A stretch of 64,000 nucleotides of DNA from Candidatus Poribacteria bacterium (GTDB lineage: Bacteria > Poribacteria > WGA-4E > PCPOR2b): assembly GCA_965215015.1 (NCBI GenBank), contig OZ244042.1:512001-576000 (forward strand), given 5' to 3'. The number at the start of each line of letters is the position of its first letter. The first letter of the stretch is position 1. Positions 48,353-58,547 of this stretch are shown in pieces. Under the pieces are notes generated by a model. That model was given only the letters and a program-made list of their open reading frames with translations. It made no database searches and had not been told where the DNA came from. The translations under genes and the position numbers were made by a program.

Positions 48353-50272
48353 ATGGCGTACCCGACGGAAAATGATAGCAAAGGCGATGTTACCTTACGA
48401 TCGGTACTCATCGGCTTAGCACTTGTACCAATCAACGTCTATATCGTTGTGCAGTGGGAGACGGTCTGGAATACTCAGTACCCAACCACGATGACGATCT
48501 TCTATAATGCCGTTTTTACCTTCCTGTCCTTGATCTTGTTGAACATGCTGCTGAAACGGTGGTTGCCGCGGATTGCATTGAGTCAGCAGGAGCTGCTGAC
48601 AGTTTATACAATGCTTCTCATGGCAGTCTGTGTGAGTGGTCATGATTTCAGTCAATCCGTATTTTGCACGCTGGGTACCGCCCGTTGGTCTGCGACGCCA
48701 GAGAACGATTGGAGCAACCTCTTTTGGAAGTATCTACCGCAACGACTTACCGTAAATGACGATCAGGTGCTTTACGGGTTTTACAAGGGAGAATCGACAT
48801 TTTATACCGCTGCTCACATCAAAGGCTGGCTTGAACCGATGGTGTGGTGGACGCTTTTTCTCTCGGTGGTTGCGTTTACCATGTTCTGCCTGAACATCAT
48901 CATCAGGAGGCAGTGGATTGAGAAGGAGAAATTAACCTATCCACTCGTTCATCTACCTTATGAGATGAGTCGTGAGGGAAACGGGTATCACCCGTTTTTC
49001 AGAAACAAATTGCTCTGGCTGGGGTTTGGGCTAGCTGCTGGCATCAATCTGATTAATGGGACAACCTTCCTGTTTCCTGTGCTTCCCCAGATTCCACTCG
49101 GATACAACCTCAATGTGTACTTTACGGAGCGTCCTTTCAATGCGATGGGTAACTTTCCTGTCCAGTTTAATCCTTTCGCTATTGGCCTTGCTTTCGCCAT
49201 TCCGCTCGATCTCCTGTTTTCGTGCTGGTTCTTTTTTCTGCTTTGGAAAGCCCAGCGAGTCATAGGCAGTATGGCAGGGATTAACATGCCCGGATATCCA
49301 TTTGTTGCCCAGCAGGTTCTTGGCGGATACTTGGGAATCGCTGTCGTCGCTTTCTGGTTGGGACGGAAACCGATTTGGCAGGTCGTAAAGCGGGCTATCG
49401 GGGCACGGTCAGAGGTGGACGATTCTGATGAACCGATGAAGTACAGAACAGCGGTGCTTGGGATAATTTTGGGAATCAGCTTTCTGGTGTTCTTTTCATA
49501 TCAAGCGGGAACGACAGTTCAGTTTGGGTTGGCGTTCTTCAGCGTTTACTTCGTCATTGCCTTCGCACACACACGGACACGAGCAGAGCTTGGCCCCCCG
49601 ATACACGGGATTTTCCACTACGGTCCGCTCCAACTCTTCATAGCGATGGTAGGCAGCCGCAAACTCGAAAGTCAGACATTGACGGCAGCAGCCCCGTTTT
49701 GGACATTCACGAAGCAATTCAGAAACCATCCAATGCCGTATATGCTTGAAAGCTTCAAATTGGCAGACCGGTCCGGCATGGATACCCGCAAACTTGGGAA
49801 AGTCATTATGTTCTCCGTCGTTGCGGGTATCATCATAACCTTCTGGACATTCCTCCAATTCAGCTACAAATGGGGCGGCATAAGTGAAGGGCGTGGTATT
49901 GGTGCCTATACGGTGATTGAACGGTGGCTCGTACGTCCAATAGAACCGGATACACAGTCGCTTAGTGCCGTTGGCATTGGTGCCCTAGTCGTGTTCATCA
50001 ACACAGTACTGCGGCTACGGTTCTTATGGTGGCCTCTGCATCCGTTAGCTTATCCAATAACAGGGTATTTGCCATTTGAACACTTGTGGTTCCCGTTTCT
50101 CATCAGCTGGGTAGTAAAGGGAGCAATCCTCAGACATGGGGGCATACAAACTTATCGTCAAACGTTTCCATTCTTTCTGGGGTTAGTCTTGGGCGCGTTC
50201 ACAATAGGTAGTATCTGGGGAATCGTTGGACTAGTGACTGGCATACCCACCTATGCGTTTAAGCGATGGTGA
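48353..50272 (+). CDS. Polytopic membrane transporter-like protein (DUF6785/DUF6784, OPT-like)
   Basis: ELLTVY, RRQWIEKEKLTYPL..LP, RTRAELGPP, WWPLHPLAY, PFFLGL; about 16 TMs. Confidence 0.75.
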   Translation: MAYPTENDSKGDVTLRSVLIGLALVPINVYIVVQWETVWNTQYPTTMTIFYNAVFTFLSLILLNMLLKRWLPRIALSQQELLTVYTMLLMAVCVSGHDFSQSVFCTLGTARWSATPENDWSNLFWKYLPQRLTVNDDQVLYGFYKGESTFYTAAHIKGWLEPMVWWTLFLSVVAFTMFCLNIIIRRQWIEKEKLTYPLVHLPYEMSREGNGYHPFFRNKLLWLGFGLAAGINLINGTTFLFPVLPQIPLGYNLNVYFTERPFNAMGNFPVQFNPFAIGLAFAIPLDLLFSCWFFFLLWKAQRVIGSMAGINMPGYPFVAQQVLGGYLGIAVVAFWLGRKPIWQVVKRAIGARSEVDDSDEPMKYRTAVLGIILGISFLVFFSYQAGTTVQFGLAFFSVYFVIAFAHTRTRAELGPPIHGIFHYGPLQLFIAMVGSRKLESQTLTAAAPFWTFTKQFRNHPMPYMLESFKLADRSGMDTRKLGKVIMFSVVAGIIITFWTFLQFSYKWGGISEGRGIGAYTVIERWLVRPIEPDTQSLSAVGIGALVVFINTVLRLRFLWWPLHPLAYPITGYLPFEHLWFPFLISWVVKGAILRHGGIQTYRQTFPFFLGLVLGAFTIGSIWGIVGLVTGIPTYAFKRW

Positions 50273-50376
50273 TACTGAAGAATGCGATGAGGCGACGGTG
50301 AGCTTTACTCACGTCCCTCGCTCGCCAGTTAGCAGATTAGCAGCAGATGGGTTGATAGCTAGTTTAGGAGAAAAAA

Positions 50377-51648
50377 ATGTATAAGCGTCATCGGCTTGCC
50401 TTGGCGGGATGTGGCGGTATGGGCCGCCGGCATCTGCGCGGCTATCGTGTCCTAGAGAATCTCGAGCCCGGACGAATTGAAGTTGTCGCCGTGATCGATC
50501 CGGAGTTGGAACGCGCCGAATTCGTCGCTGGCGAAGCAGAGGAGTTTTTGGGTGATCGACCACAGGTATACCGTTCACTTGAGGACGCCCTCGCGGGGTC
50601 AAGCGAACTGGAGGTATTGGACATCGTTGCTGCAGCCTCCGCGCACCACTCGATAGCCGGAATCGCAGCAGAAAACGGTTTACACGTCCTGTGCGAGAAA
50701 CCGATGGCACCGACTGTGGCTGCCTGCCGGGCGATGCAAGCTACCGCCCAGCAATACGACACCGTGCTTTCCATAGCAGAAAATTACCGGCGCGATCCGA
50801 TAAGCCGCTTGGCGAAGGCACTGCTTGAGGCAGGTGCCATCGGCAATATCCGCACGGTCCTAGATTTCTCTGCCGGTGGCGGCCGCAGCGCCTCCGCTGG
50901 CGGATGGCAATATCTCCGCAAACAAGGCGGATCAATTCTGGAGTCTGGCGTTCACAACGCCGACATGCAAATATACTTGGCCGGTCCTGTCAGGCAAGTG
51001 ACGGGCCAGGTTCGTCTTCAGGAACGCAAGCGAATCTTCAAAGGGATGCGCGTAAAGGGGTTTCACGATCATTACGCCCACACCTATCCCGATGTTCAGG
51101 CAGCAGACGCCCCCGATCTGATGATGGCAACCCTTGAATTTGAAAGCGATGCGTTGGGTCAGTGGCTATACGACCAAGCAGCACACGGACCCAGCTTTCG
51201 TCGCTTCACGATTTTCGGCAGTGATGGGCAGATAGATTTACCATCGGTGCGCACCGGTCAACCGTTACGCCTCTTTCGGAACAACCATGAAGGGGCACTT
51301 GATGACGAGGATGTGCTCGCATTTGTCCCAGACTTCGCACTTGATGACCGAACCGCTCGGCTTTTCGGTGGTGAACAACTCACGCATTACGGTCAGTCCG
51401 GATCGGGCGTGGGCGGTGGAGGTGACTTAAACATCCTCGCCATAGAGATTGCGGAACTTTTGGACGCTATCGACAAGGGAACACCAGTCGAAGTTGGGAC
51501 AGAGGAGGGGTTGTTAGCTGTTGCTCTCGTGATGGCTTGCCATGAATCGTCCGAGGCAGGTCGAACCGTCTGCATGGAGGAAGTTGTAGCTGGAAAGCTC
51601 GACACCTACCAGAACGTCGCAAACCGAGAGTTGGAAATTGAGACCTAA
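50377..51648 (+). CDS. Gfo/Idh/MocA oxidoreductase
   Basis: GCGGMG, HVLCEKPMA, AENYR, GVHNAD. Confidence 0.9.
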   Translation: MYKRHRLALAGCGGMGRRHLRGYRVLENLEPGRIEVVAVIDPELERAEFVAGEAEEFLGDRPQVYRSLEDALAGSSELEVLDIVAAASAHHSIAGIAAENGLHVLCEKPMAPTVAACRAMQATAQQYDTVLSIAENYRRDPISRLAKALLEAGAIGNIRTVLDFSAGGGRSASAGGWQYLRKQGGSILESGVHNADMQIYLAGPVRQVTGQVRLQERKRIFKGMRVKGFHDHYAHTYPDVQAADAPDLMMATLEFESDALGQWLYDQAAHGPSFRRFTIFGSDGQIDLPSVRTGQPLRLFRNNHEGALDDEDVLAFVPDFALDDRTARLFGGEQLTHYGQSGSGVGGGGDLNILAIEIAELLDAIDKGTPVEVGTEEGLLAVALVMACHESSEAGRTVCMEEVVAGKLDTYQNVANRELEIET

Positions 51649-51821
51649 AGCGTTGATTGAATGAATAAACTGCTCAATATGCAGGTTCACAGCTTTCGGT
51701 AATCCTAGAAGCGAAGGATAGCGTCTTAGAAACACTTTTTAACCTAACCAAGCGTCTGGCTAAAATCTAACACTTCACTCTGAAGGAAGTCTGACACCCA
51801 CACTCAAATGGAGGTAATCAC

Positions 51822-52394
51822 ATGAATTCATCTAATGAACAAATCATCTTTGAAGATAGCTTCGATGGTCAACTTGACGAAGGCTGGTCGTGGCTGCGAG
51901 AGGATCCGGACGATTGGCGTCTCCGGGAGGGCGGTCTGGAGATTCGCGTCCAACCCGGCGTGGCGGATACCGTTCGGAATGCGCTATTGAGGACCGCGCC
52001 AGACCGTAACGCTGGCACTTATGCCCTTGAAGTAACTATTACCAACCATACCCTTCCCACGCAGCAGTATGAGCAGGCGGGGATTACTTGGTATAACGAT
52101 GGTAAACCGGTCTTCAAGGAGGTCAAGGAACTGATTGACAGCGATCTCTACATTATCCCCGGTAGAGCAGCGATGTCAGCGAAAAGTGTCCGGTTGCGCC
52201 TGCTGGTTACCGCTGATTCGTGGGAAGCACAGTATTGTCCCTCAGATGGCACAGAATTTCAAACGGCAGCGACGGGTGAACTGCCCCCACCGGGTGATGA
52301 TCAAGTAAGTATCCAGTGCTATAATGGTCCGCCGGATGCCGAACATTGGATTCGCTTTGAGAATTTTTGTATTAAGCTTTTAAGTTCCGATTAA
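51822..52394 (+). CDS. ConA-like beta-sandwich protein (DUF1349 / GH43 C-terminal-like)
   Basis: FEDSFDGQL..GWSWLRED, QYEQAGI. Confidence 0.65.
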   Translation: MNSSNEQIIFEDSFDGQLDEGWSWLREDPDDWRLREGGLEIRVQPGVADTVRNALLRTAPDRNAGTYALEVTITNHTLPTQQYEQAGITWYNDGKPVFKEVKELIDSDLYIIPGRAAMSAKSVRLRLLVTADSWEAQYCPSDGTEFQTAATGELPPPGDDQVSIQCYNGPPDAEHWIRFENFCIKLLSSD

Positions 52395-52563
52395 TCGGGA
52401 TAACTTTCGTAGTGACAGTGCGGTTTATACTCTGTATCCACGCCGGTGCCAGAATGCTTTTTCGGTTGAAGCCCTTGATAGTTGTGATATAATTTATTAA
52501 AATCGTTGGATGTGCAATAGCAGACAATTGGGTTTTTCACCTAAAAGAAGAAAGGAATTGAAA

Positions 52564-53538
52564 ATGGTAAAGATCGCTTTAGCCCTTGGACCGGAACCAA
52601 CCCCCGTCTGGACATTAGCCAAGCAAGCCGGTGTTGAGTATGTAGTTGGCAGCATGGACCTGAATCCAATACCGAATGCCAACGATGAACAGCAGCCTTG
52701 GAGTTACGTGTCGCTTGCTCGTGTGAAGGCTGCATACGAAGATGGCGGATTTGATCTACAGGTGATTGAAAGTCGTCCCCCAATGGAAAAAATAAAACTC
52801 GGTTTGCCGGGGCGTGATGAAGAAATTGATATCATCTGTGAGTTTATCCGTAATATGGGAGCATTGGAGATTCCAGTGTGGTGTCCTGCGTGGATGCCGA
52901 TTCTTTTTGTCCTACGAACATCTTTCACAATTCCTTCACGCGGTGGATCTCAGGTCAGCGGCTATGACCATAGTTATCTGAAAAATGCGCCTCTGACCGA
53001 TCATGGTGTCATCACTGAAGAGCAACAATGGGAGAATTTGAGATATTTTCTGGAACGTGTGGTACCTGTTGCGGAAAAAGCCAATGTCAAATTGGCGATG
53101 CATCCGGATGATCCACCGCTGTCCCCTATCCGAGGGGTTGCCCGAATTATGAGCAGCGTGGAGAATTATCAGAGACTCATCGATGTGGTCCCAAGTCCTG
53201 TCAACGGGATTGGTCTCTGTCAAGGTAACTTTTCCCTGATGACTGACAACCTTCCCGAAGTGATTCGGCATTTCGGACAGCAGGAGAAAATTTTCTTCGT
53301 TCATTTCCGAGATGTGCGGGGAACACCTGAGAAGTTCGTAGAAGTGTTCCATGACGATGGGCAAGCTGATATGGCAGCGTGTGTACGTGCCTATCGTGAT
53401 GTTGGCTATGAGGGGGTCGCACGGCCAGACCATTTTCCAAAAATGGGCGATGCTAGCATTGCGGATGAACATAGTATGGAGAGGCTCTTTGCCATCGGTT
53501 ATATGAAAGGATTGATCGAGGCAGTGTATACCGAGTAA
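52564..53538 (+). CDS. uxuA: Mannonate dehydratase (second paralog)
   Basis: IKLGLPGRDEEI, YFLERVVPVAE, HPDDPP, CQGN, VHFRDV, RPDH, FAIGYMKG. Confidence 0.85.
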   Translation: MVKIALALGPEPTPVWTLAKQAGVEYVVGSMDLNPIPNANDEQQPWSYVSLARVKAAYEDGGFDLQVIESRPPMEKIKLGLPGRDEEIDIICEFIRNMGALEIPVWCPAWMPILFVLRTSFTIPSRGGSQVSGYDHSYLKNAPLTDHGVITEEQQWENLRYFLERVVPVAEKANVKLAMHPDDPPLSPIRGVARIMSSVENYQRLIDVVPSPVNGIGLCQGNFSLMTDNLPEVIRHFGQQEKIFFVHFRDVRGTPEKFVEVFHDDGQADMAACVRAYRDVGYEGVARPDHFPKMGDASIADEHSMERLFAIGYMKGLIEAVYTE

Positions 53539-53616
53539 GAATGATCAGGCGAGTCAACCGCGGATTGAAGATTAACGATTTCGATAACCATTCCATGAAC
53601 GACAAAGGGGGCTCAG

Positions 53617-54492
53617 GTGGTGAAAAAACGTTTAATTGTCAGGACATGGTTGGTTTTGGGCGTCTCCCTATTTTTTTTAAGTTGCGAAACCGACGATACC
53701 GTGGAGCCGCCAGATAGCATCACCCTTGTTGCACCTGATGGCATGGTGGTAATCCCGGCAGGCGAGTTTCAGATGGGGAGCGACGACAGTGATGCCGACG
53801 ACTATGATGAACAGCCGGTGCATACCGTCTACGTTGACGCATTCTATATGGATGTATACGAGGTAACCAATGCACAATATAAAGAGTTTGTTGATACAAA
53901 CCCGGGATGGCAGAAAGACCGCATCCCGAGCGCATATCAGGATGGCAACTACCTATTGCACTGGAATGGAAACAATTACCCAAACGGGAAGGGCGAGCAC
54001 CCTGTTGTCTATGTGAGTTGGTATGGTGCGATGGCGTATGCCCAGTGGGTAGGGAAGCGTTTGCCGACAGAGGCAGAATGGGAAAGAGCAGCGCGAGGTG
54101 GTTTAGTTGGACAGAAATATCCGTGGGGTAATTCGATTGATTCCACCCAGGCAAACTACGGCGATAATGTTGGCGAAACGACTCCTGTGGGGATATACCC
54201 GCCCAACGAGTATGGGCTCTACGACGTAGCTGGCAACGTGTGGGAGTGGTGCCTTGATGGATACGGTAGTGATTTCTATGAAATGTCACCGCGTCGCAAT
54301 CCGATTGCAGGGGGAGATAGTGTTACACATATTATAAGTAATTTCACAAATCTTAAAAATGCCCGCGTGTTGCGTGGCGGTTCGTGGCTTTACGATCCGA
54401 CTAGCCTGCGTGTCGCTAGTCGCTTGGGATCTACACCAACGTTCACGAGCAGCTTCTTCGGGTTTCGTTGTGCGAGGGCTCTAAGTCCTTAA
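53617..54492 (+). CDS. FGE-sulfatase/SUMF1 (CLec-fold) lipoprotein
   Basis: Lipobox FLSC, IPAGEFQMG, YEVTN, RLPTEAEWE, GNVWEW, RGGSW...GFRC. Lacks the catalytic Cys pair of true FGE. Confidence 0.9.
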   Translation: MVKKRLIVRTWLVLGVSLFFLSCETDDTVEPPDSITLVAPDGMVVIPAGEFQMGSDDSDADDYDEQPVHTVYVDAFYMDVYEVTNAQYKEFVDTNPGWQKDRIPSAYQDGNYLLHWNGNNYPNGKGEHPVVYVSWYGAMAYAQWVGKRLPTEAEWERAARGGLVGQKYPWGNSIDSTQANYGDNVGETTPVGIYPPNEYGLYDVAGNVWEWCLDGYGSDFYEMSPRRNPIAGGDSVTHIISNFTNLKNARVLRGGSWLYDPTSLRVASRLGSTPTFTSSFFGFRCARALSP

Positions 54493-54644
54493 ATCGTTAT
54501 ATCTTTATCCTCTTTGGTCTGCTAGGGAGGGGGACCTTCGGTCTCGCAGGTGGGGAGAAGTTCCCTGTTCTTGTTCCACTGGTAGAAACTAGGGGGTAAA
54601 GTTTTTTTGGGGGCAAATCGTTAACATAAATGAGGGAGGCACGT

Positions 54645-55493
54645 ATGGACGCTGCATGTTTAGATTACTGTCTAACTGAAGATGAGCACCTTGAATTTGA
54701 GCGTAACGGTTTCCTAATCATCCCTGATGCCCTGACGCCACAGATGACATCTGACATTGAGACGGTTGTAGACCGAATTGAGGCCCAACACAGGGGCGAG
54801 ACGGAGATGGAGGCTCACGAGTGGGTGCACAAGCTGGACTTCATGGGGCAGGATGAGGTCTTTCTGGAACTGCTCGATTGGCACAAGACATTCCCTAAAG
54901 TGTGGGGGATACTCGGCTGGAACATCCAACTCTACCTCACCCACATGGATGTCACACCTCCGCCTCCCCCCGATGTAAAGCGGGAAAAGAAGCGGTTGGG
55001 GTGGCATCAGGACAGTGGACGCTTGAATTCCGAGTTGGAAACCGATCCCCGTCCACGAATATCGGTCAAGGTCGGCTACTTCCTTACCGATACGACTGAA
55101 GTGGGCCGGGGAAATTTCTACGTTATTCCGGGAAGTCATATCCAGAACAAACTGGAATTTCCGCCCGATGATGTTTCAGATCCGGAAGGAGCAACCCCGG
55201 TTTGTGTTTCCCCCGGTACGGCTGTTATTTTTGATCGGCGTATCTGGCATTCTAGAAGTCCGAATGAATCGGATATTACGCGCAAGGTGCTATTCTATGG
55301 CTACAGCTACCGATGGCTGCGTCCTAGGGACGATATGACCGTTGGGAACTTTATAGACCGTTGTGATCCGATTCGACGACAATTACTGGGTGCCAGCACT
55401 AGTTGGCACGGTTATACCTCCCCGGCTGACGAAGATGTTCCGCTGAGAATCTGGCTGGCGGAACACCTCGGAGAAGCGGCAATTGCATCTTGA
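54645..55493 (+). CDS. PhyH family (ectoine hydroxylase-like) dioxygenase
   Basis: FERNGFLII, WHQD, VIPGSH, FDRRIWH. Confidence 0.9.
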   Translation: MDAACLDYCLTEDEHLEFERNGFLIIPDALTPQMTSDIETVVDRIEAQHRGETEMEAHEWVHKLDFMGQDEVFLELLDWHKTFPKVWGILGWNIQLYLTHMDVTPPPPPDVKREKKRLGWHQDSGRLNSELETDPRPRISVKVGYFLTDTTEVGRGNFYVIPGSHIQNKLEFPPDDVSDPEGATPVCVSPGTAVIFDRRIWHSRSPNESDITRKVLFYGYSYRWLRPRDDMTVGNFIDRCDPIRRQLLGASTSWHGYTSPADEDVPLRIWLAEHLGEAAIAS

Positions 55494-55539
55494 CTCCTAT
55501 CTGATTTCCAATAGGTTAAATTCATGAGGGTACACAAAT

Positions 55540-56094
55540 ATGGGGCAGATCAGATCCCATCCACCTGTTAAACTGATTGTTGGGATTATTACGGCGGTTC
55601 CCGATTTATTCTCCGGCGTACATCAACAACTCTCAGCACAGTTTGGACGAATTGATTTCGCCAGCGATTTGTTACCTTTTGATTATACCACCTACTATGA
55701 AGCGGAGATGGGGAAAGATTTGAAACGTCAGTTCGTGAGTTTTGAGAAACTGATCCCCGCCGAGGAACTCGCGTCTGCCAAGTGCTTTTCTAACGCAGTT
55801 GAGTACGAGTTTGCAAAGGGTGATACGGCTCCCCGTCCAGTCAATCTCGATCCGGGCTATATTTCGGCGGCAAAGCTGGTTCTCGCTTCGACGAAAGACC
55901 ATGCACACCGAATCTATCTTCAAGATGGTATTTATGCTGAAATTACGCTCAAATTTTACTGTAAGTCCTTTCAATCTTGGGAGTGGACTTACCCTGATTA
56001 CCGTACATCCACCTATATTGACATCTTCAACCACATCCGCCGTATCTATATGGAGCAACTAAGGGCAACTGGGTTAAGCCCTCACCCATTTTAA
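55540..56094 (+). CDS. DUF4416 family protein
   Basis: TTYYEAEMG, RPVNLDPGY, VLASTKD..HRIYL, WTYPDY. Confidence 0.9.
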   Translation: MGQIRSHPPVKLIVGIITAVPDLFSGVHQQLSAQFGRIDFASDLLPFDYTTYYEAEMGKDLKRQFVSFEKLIPAEELASAKCFSNAVEYEFAKGDTAPRPVNLDPGYISAAKLVLASTKDHAHRIYLQDGIYAEITLKFYCKSFQSWEWTYPDYRTSTYIDIFNHIRRIYMEQLRATGLSPHPF

Positions 56095-56096
56095 TT

Positions 56097-57383
56097 ATGA
56101 AATCAAAAATCTGGTCAACCTTATTTGTTTATTTCCTTTTAATTAGCTGTTATATACCTCCAGCTTTTCCTTGGGGAAACAATGCCCACGAGCGAATGAC
56201 CGAGGTCGCTTGTGATTCTCTGCCTTCAGAAATTGCCCCGTTTTTCGATAAACACCGCCGAGAAGTTGCCGATCACTCAAACGATCCAGATCGGTGGAGG
56301 AGGACACTGCTGTTTTGGATCGGATTGAAGTACGAAGATGATCTGAACAATGGGAAGGTTACAGCAGATTTACGTCAGGTGTTTGAAACTCATAGAATTG
56401 ACTTTCCACAAGACGCCCCGGTCTCTCTCCGCGGAAAAAATGGGAGATGGTTCATAACAATAGGTGAACAGGAGTACCCAATTCGGAAGGAAACAGATAA
56501 GCTATACCTAATTGACTTTCCACAAGACGCCCCGGTCTCTCTCCGCGGAAAAAATGGGAGATGGTTCATAACAATAGGTGAACAGGAGTACCTAATTCGG
56601 AAGGAAGCAGACAAGCTATACCTAGAGGATAAAACGAATATTTTTGAGAATCGAAGTGCGGCGACGGTGCTGCTTGGTTCTGAAGAAGACATCCATTTTG
56701 TCCTTGATACAAAGGAAAAGCTGTTATCTTTAACGAGGCTCAATGTCTACAAAACGGGAGATCGCGCCGAAGGTCCTCGGCATTTTCTTGATATTGATAT
56801 TTATGGTCCCTATCCGTTTGTAGAACTTCCCCACGATTATGATGACGCCGTTGCGAAATTTGGCGTGGAAACTGTTACAAAACGCGGGATAGCGACGTGG
56901 CGTATCGCTGAGTACACACAGTTGTTATCTGAGGCGATGAAGTCGGGAGATACCCAAAAAATTGTACAGACCGCCGGTGCACTCGCCCACTACGTTGAGG
57001 ATATCCACATGCCGCTGCATGTTGTCAAAAACTACAACGGGCAATTGACCAACCAACACGGTGTCCATCAACGCTTTGAGGACGATATGGTGGACACCTA
57101 TGCAGAAAGAATCCACCTCACACCGAAGATGGCATCGGAAATTGAAGACCCGTTGGAAGCTGCTTTTGATATTGTACTCGACAGCTATGTATACGCCGAC
57201 GACCTCCTCCATGCCGACCGCAAGGCAAAGTTAGGCGAAGATACCTACGGTGCATCGTACTTAGAAAAGCTATTCCGATTCAGTGGTCGGATAGCAGAGC
57301 AGCGAATGAGTGATGCGGCAATAGCGACTGCAAGCTACTGGTATACCGCCTGGCTTCGTGCCGGGAAGCCTGAGTTGAGGTGA
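56097..57383 (+). CDS. S1/P1 nuclease / Zn-phospholipase C family secreted protein with a large internal insertion
   Basis: Signal peptide then WGNNAH, PD, HFLDID, HYVEDIHMPLH, GVHQRFE. Confidence 0.8.
   Translation: MKSKIWSTLFVYFLLISCYIPPAFPWGNNAHERMTEVACDSLPSEIAPFFDKHRREVADHSNDPDRWRRTLLFWIGLKYEDDLNNGKVTADLRQVFETHRIDFPQDAPVSLRGKNGRWFITIGEQEYPIRKETDKLYLIDFPQDAPVSLRGKNGRWFITIGEQEYLIRKEADKLYLEDKTNIFENRSAATVLLGSEEDIHFVLDTKEKLLSLTRLNVYKTGDRAEGPRHFLDIDIYGPYPFVELPHDYDDAVAKFGVETVTKRGIATWRIAEYTQLLSEAMKSGDTQKIVQTAGALAHYVEDIHMPLHVVKNYNGQLTNQHGVHQRFEDDMVDTYAERIHLTPKMASEIEDPLEAAFDIVLDSYVYADDLLHADRKAKLGEDTYGASYLEKLFRFSGRIAEQRMSDAAIATASYWYTAWLRAGKPELR
56397..56624 (+). repeat. In-frame tandem duplication, 2 x 114 bp
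   Basis: 56397-56510 and 56511-56624 are near-identical (IDFPQDAPVSLRGKNGRWFITIGEQEY.IRKE.DKLYL). Confidence 0.95.
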
Positions 57384-57599
57384 AATTTAACATGTCGATC
57401 CGGATTTAGTATGAAGCTGCAGAACTAAGTGAACCTAACCCAAGCCCATGATCTGCTCCTGCTGCGGCTGATGAATAGGAATACAGCTATATGAACGATA
57501 GGTTTTCAAGACAGTGGACTACATCCTAGGCCTGCTAATCAAGCCCCGCTTTGGAATCACACGTCATTTCTACACTTTTTCAACGGAGGTAATTAAAAT

Positions 57600-58544
57600 A
57601 TGGACTGGAGAACGGTTGCCCACGTCTTGGACAAGGCAATCGTAACTGTAGCGGCACAAGAGTTCAATCGACTTGCCGGGGACTTAAATAATGACCGGAT
57701 AGTGGCAGAGAAAGTTACAGAGGCACTTGAAGCACTAGATAGACTTCAGAGCGGCTATAAGCCTGAGTTCAACGAGTGGGAAGCCCTCTTCTACCTCACA
57801 TGGTATCAGCCGCGCCAAATCAACATTGCGCTCACAATATTGCGGCAATTCGCAAATGCCCGAAACGAACATCTGAGAGAGGGTTATCCGCTTCTCATTA
57901 TTGATGTCGGCTGTGGTGCTTTGGCTGTACAAATCGCTGCGGCAATCGTGGCAGCTGAGCATCAACTAGAAGGCCTCGGCGTTAGTGTCCAAGGGATCGA
58001 CCCGAGCGAGTCAATGAAAAAGATTGGTGAAGATCTATGGCTGGAGTTCTGGATTATTGCCGATCGGCATCCCAGCCTATCATATTTGTCGAGTACCTGC
58101 GACGTGATGACTGACACATACAGCTTATTTGACTCGGATACCTCGTACTACCATTCGGAGGAGGCTTTTTTACAGTATTATCCGGCCCCCGAGTGTTGGC
58201 TGACGGCTGTGCATATAGTGTATGAATCAAACAAACAATGTATAAAAGACATTCTACAAAAAATTCAGGATAGGTCCGGTCCAAATTTAATCTTGGTTAC
58301 ATCCCATGCAAGCAAGTGCGGCATAGCTAGTTTTGCTGCTGGAGGAAACTTCGAGATCGACTGGTTAGAATCAAATACACTTCTGTTATCAGGAGAACTT
58401 CCTAAAACTACTGAATGGCGAAAGCATTTGATCAGCCGCTTGTCGCCACAAGCTCGCGGAGACATAGTCCAACCCTTTCTAAGCAACCCAGTGCAATGGA
58501 ATCCACTAGAAAGCCGCACGGCAGTTGTATGGAAAGGAGATTAA
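57600..58544 (+). CDS. Class I SAM-dependent methyltransferase-like protein
   Basis: YLTWYQPRQIN, LIIDVGCG motif I, VQGIDPS motif II; GGAGG RBS. Confidence 0.6.
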   Translation: MDWRTVAHVLDKAIVTVAAQEFNRLAGDLNNDRIVAEKVTEALEALDRLQSGYKPEFNEWEALFYLTWYQPRQINIALTILRQFANARNEHLREGYPLLIIDVGCGALAVQIAAAIVAAEHQLEGLGVSVQGIDPSESMKKIGEDLWLEFWIIADRHPSLSYLSSTCDVMTDTYSLFDSDTSYYHSEEAFLQYYPAPECWLTAVHIVYESNKQCIKDILQKIQDRSGPNLILVTSHASKCGIASFAAGGNFEIDWLESNTLLLSGELPKTTEWRKHLISRLSPQARGDIVQPFLSNPVQWNPLESRTAVVWKGD

Positions 58545-58547
58545 ATC

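Noticed and set aside
53617-54492. A true formylglycine-generating enzyme, or a complete DGR cassette
   Set aside because: The catalytic Cys pair is absent and the protein is a lipoprotein. No template repeat, RT or avd was found in the window, so only a possible remote target is reported
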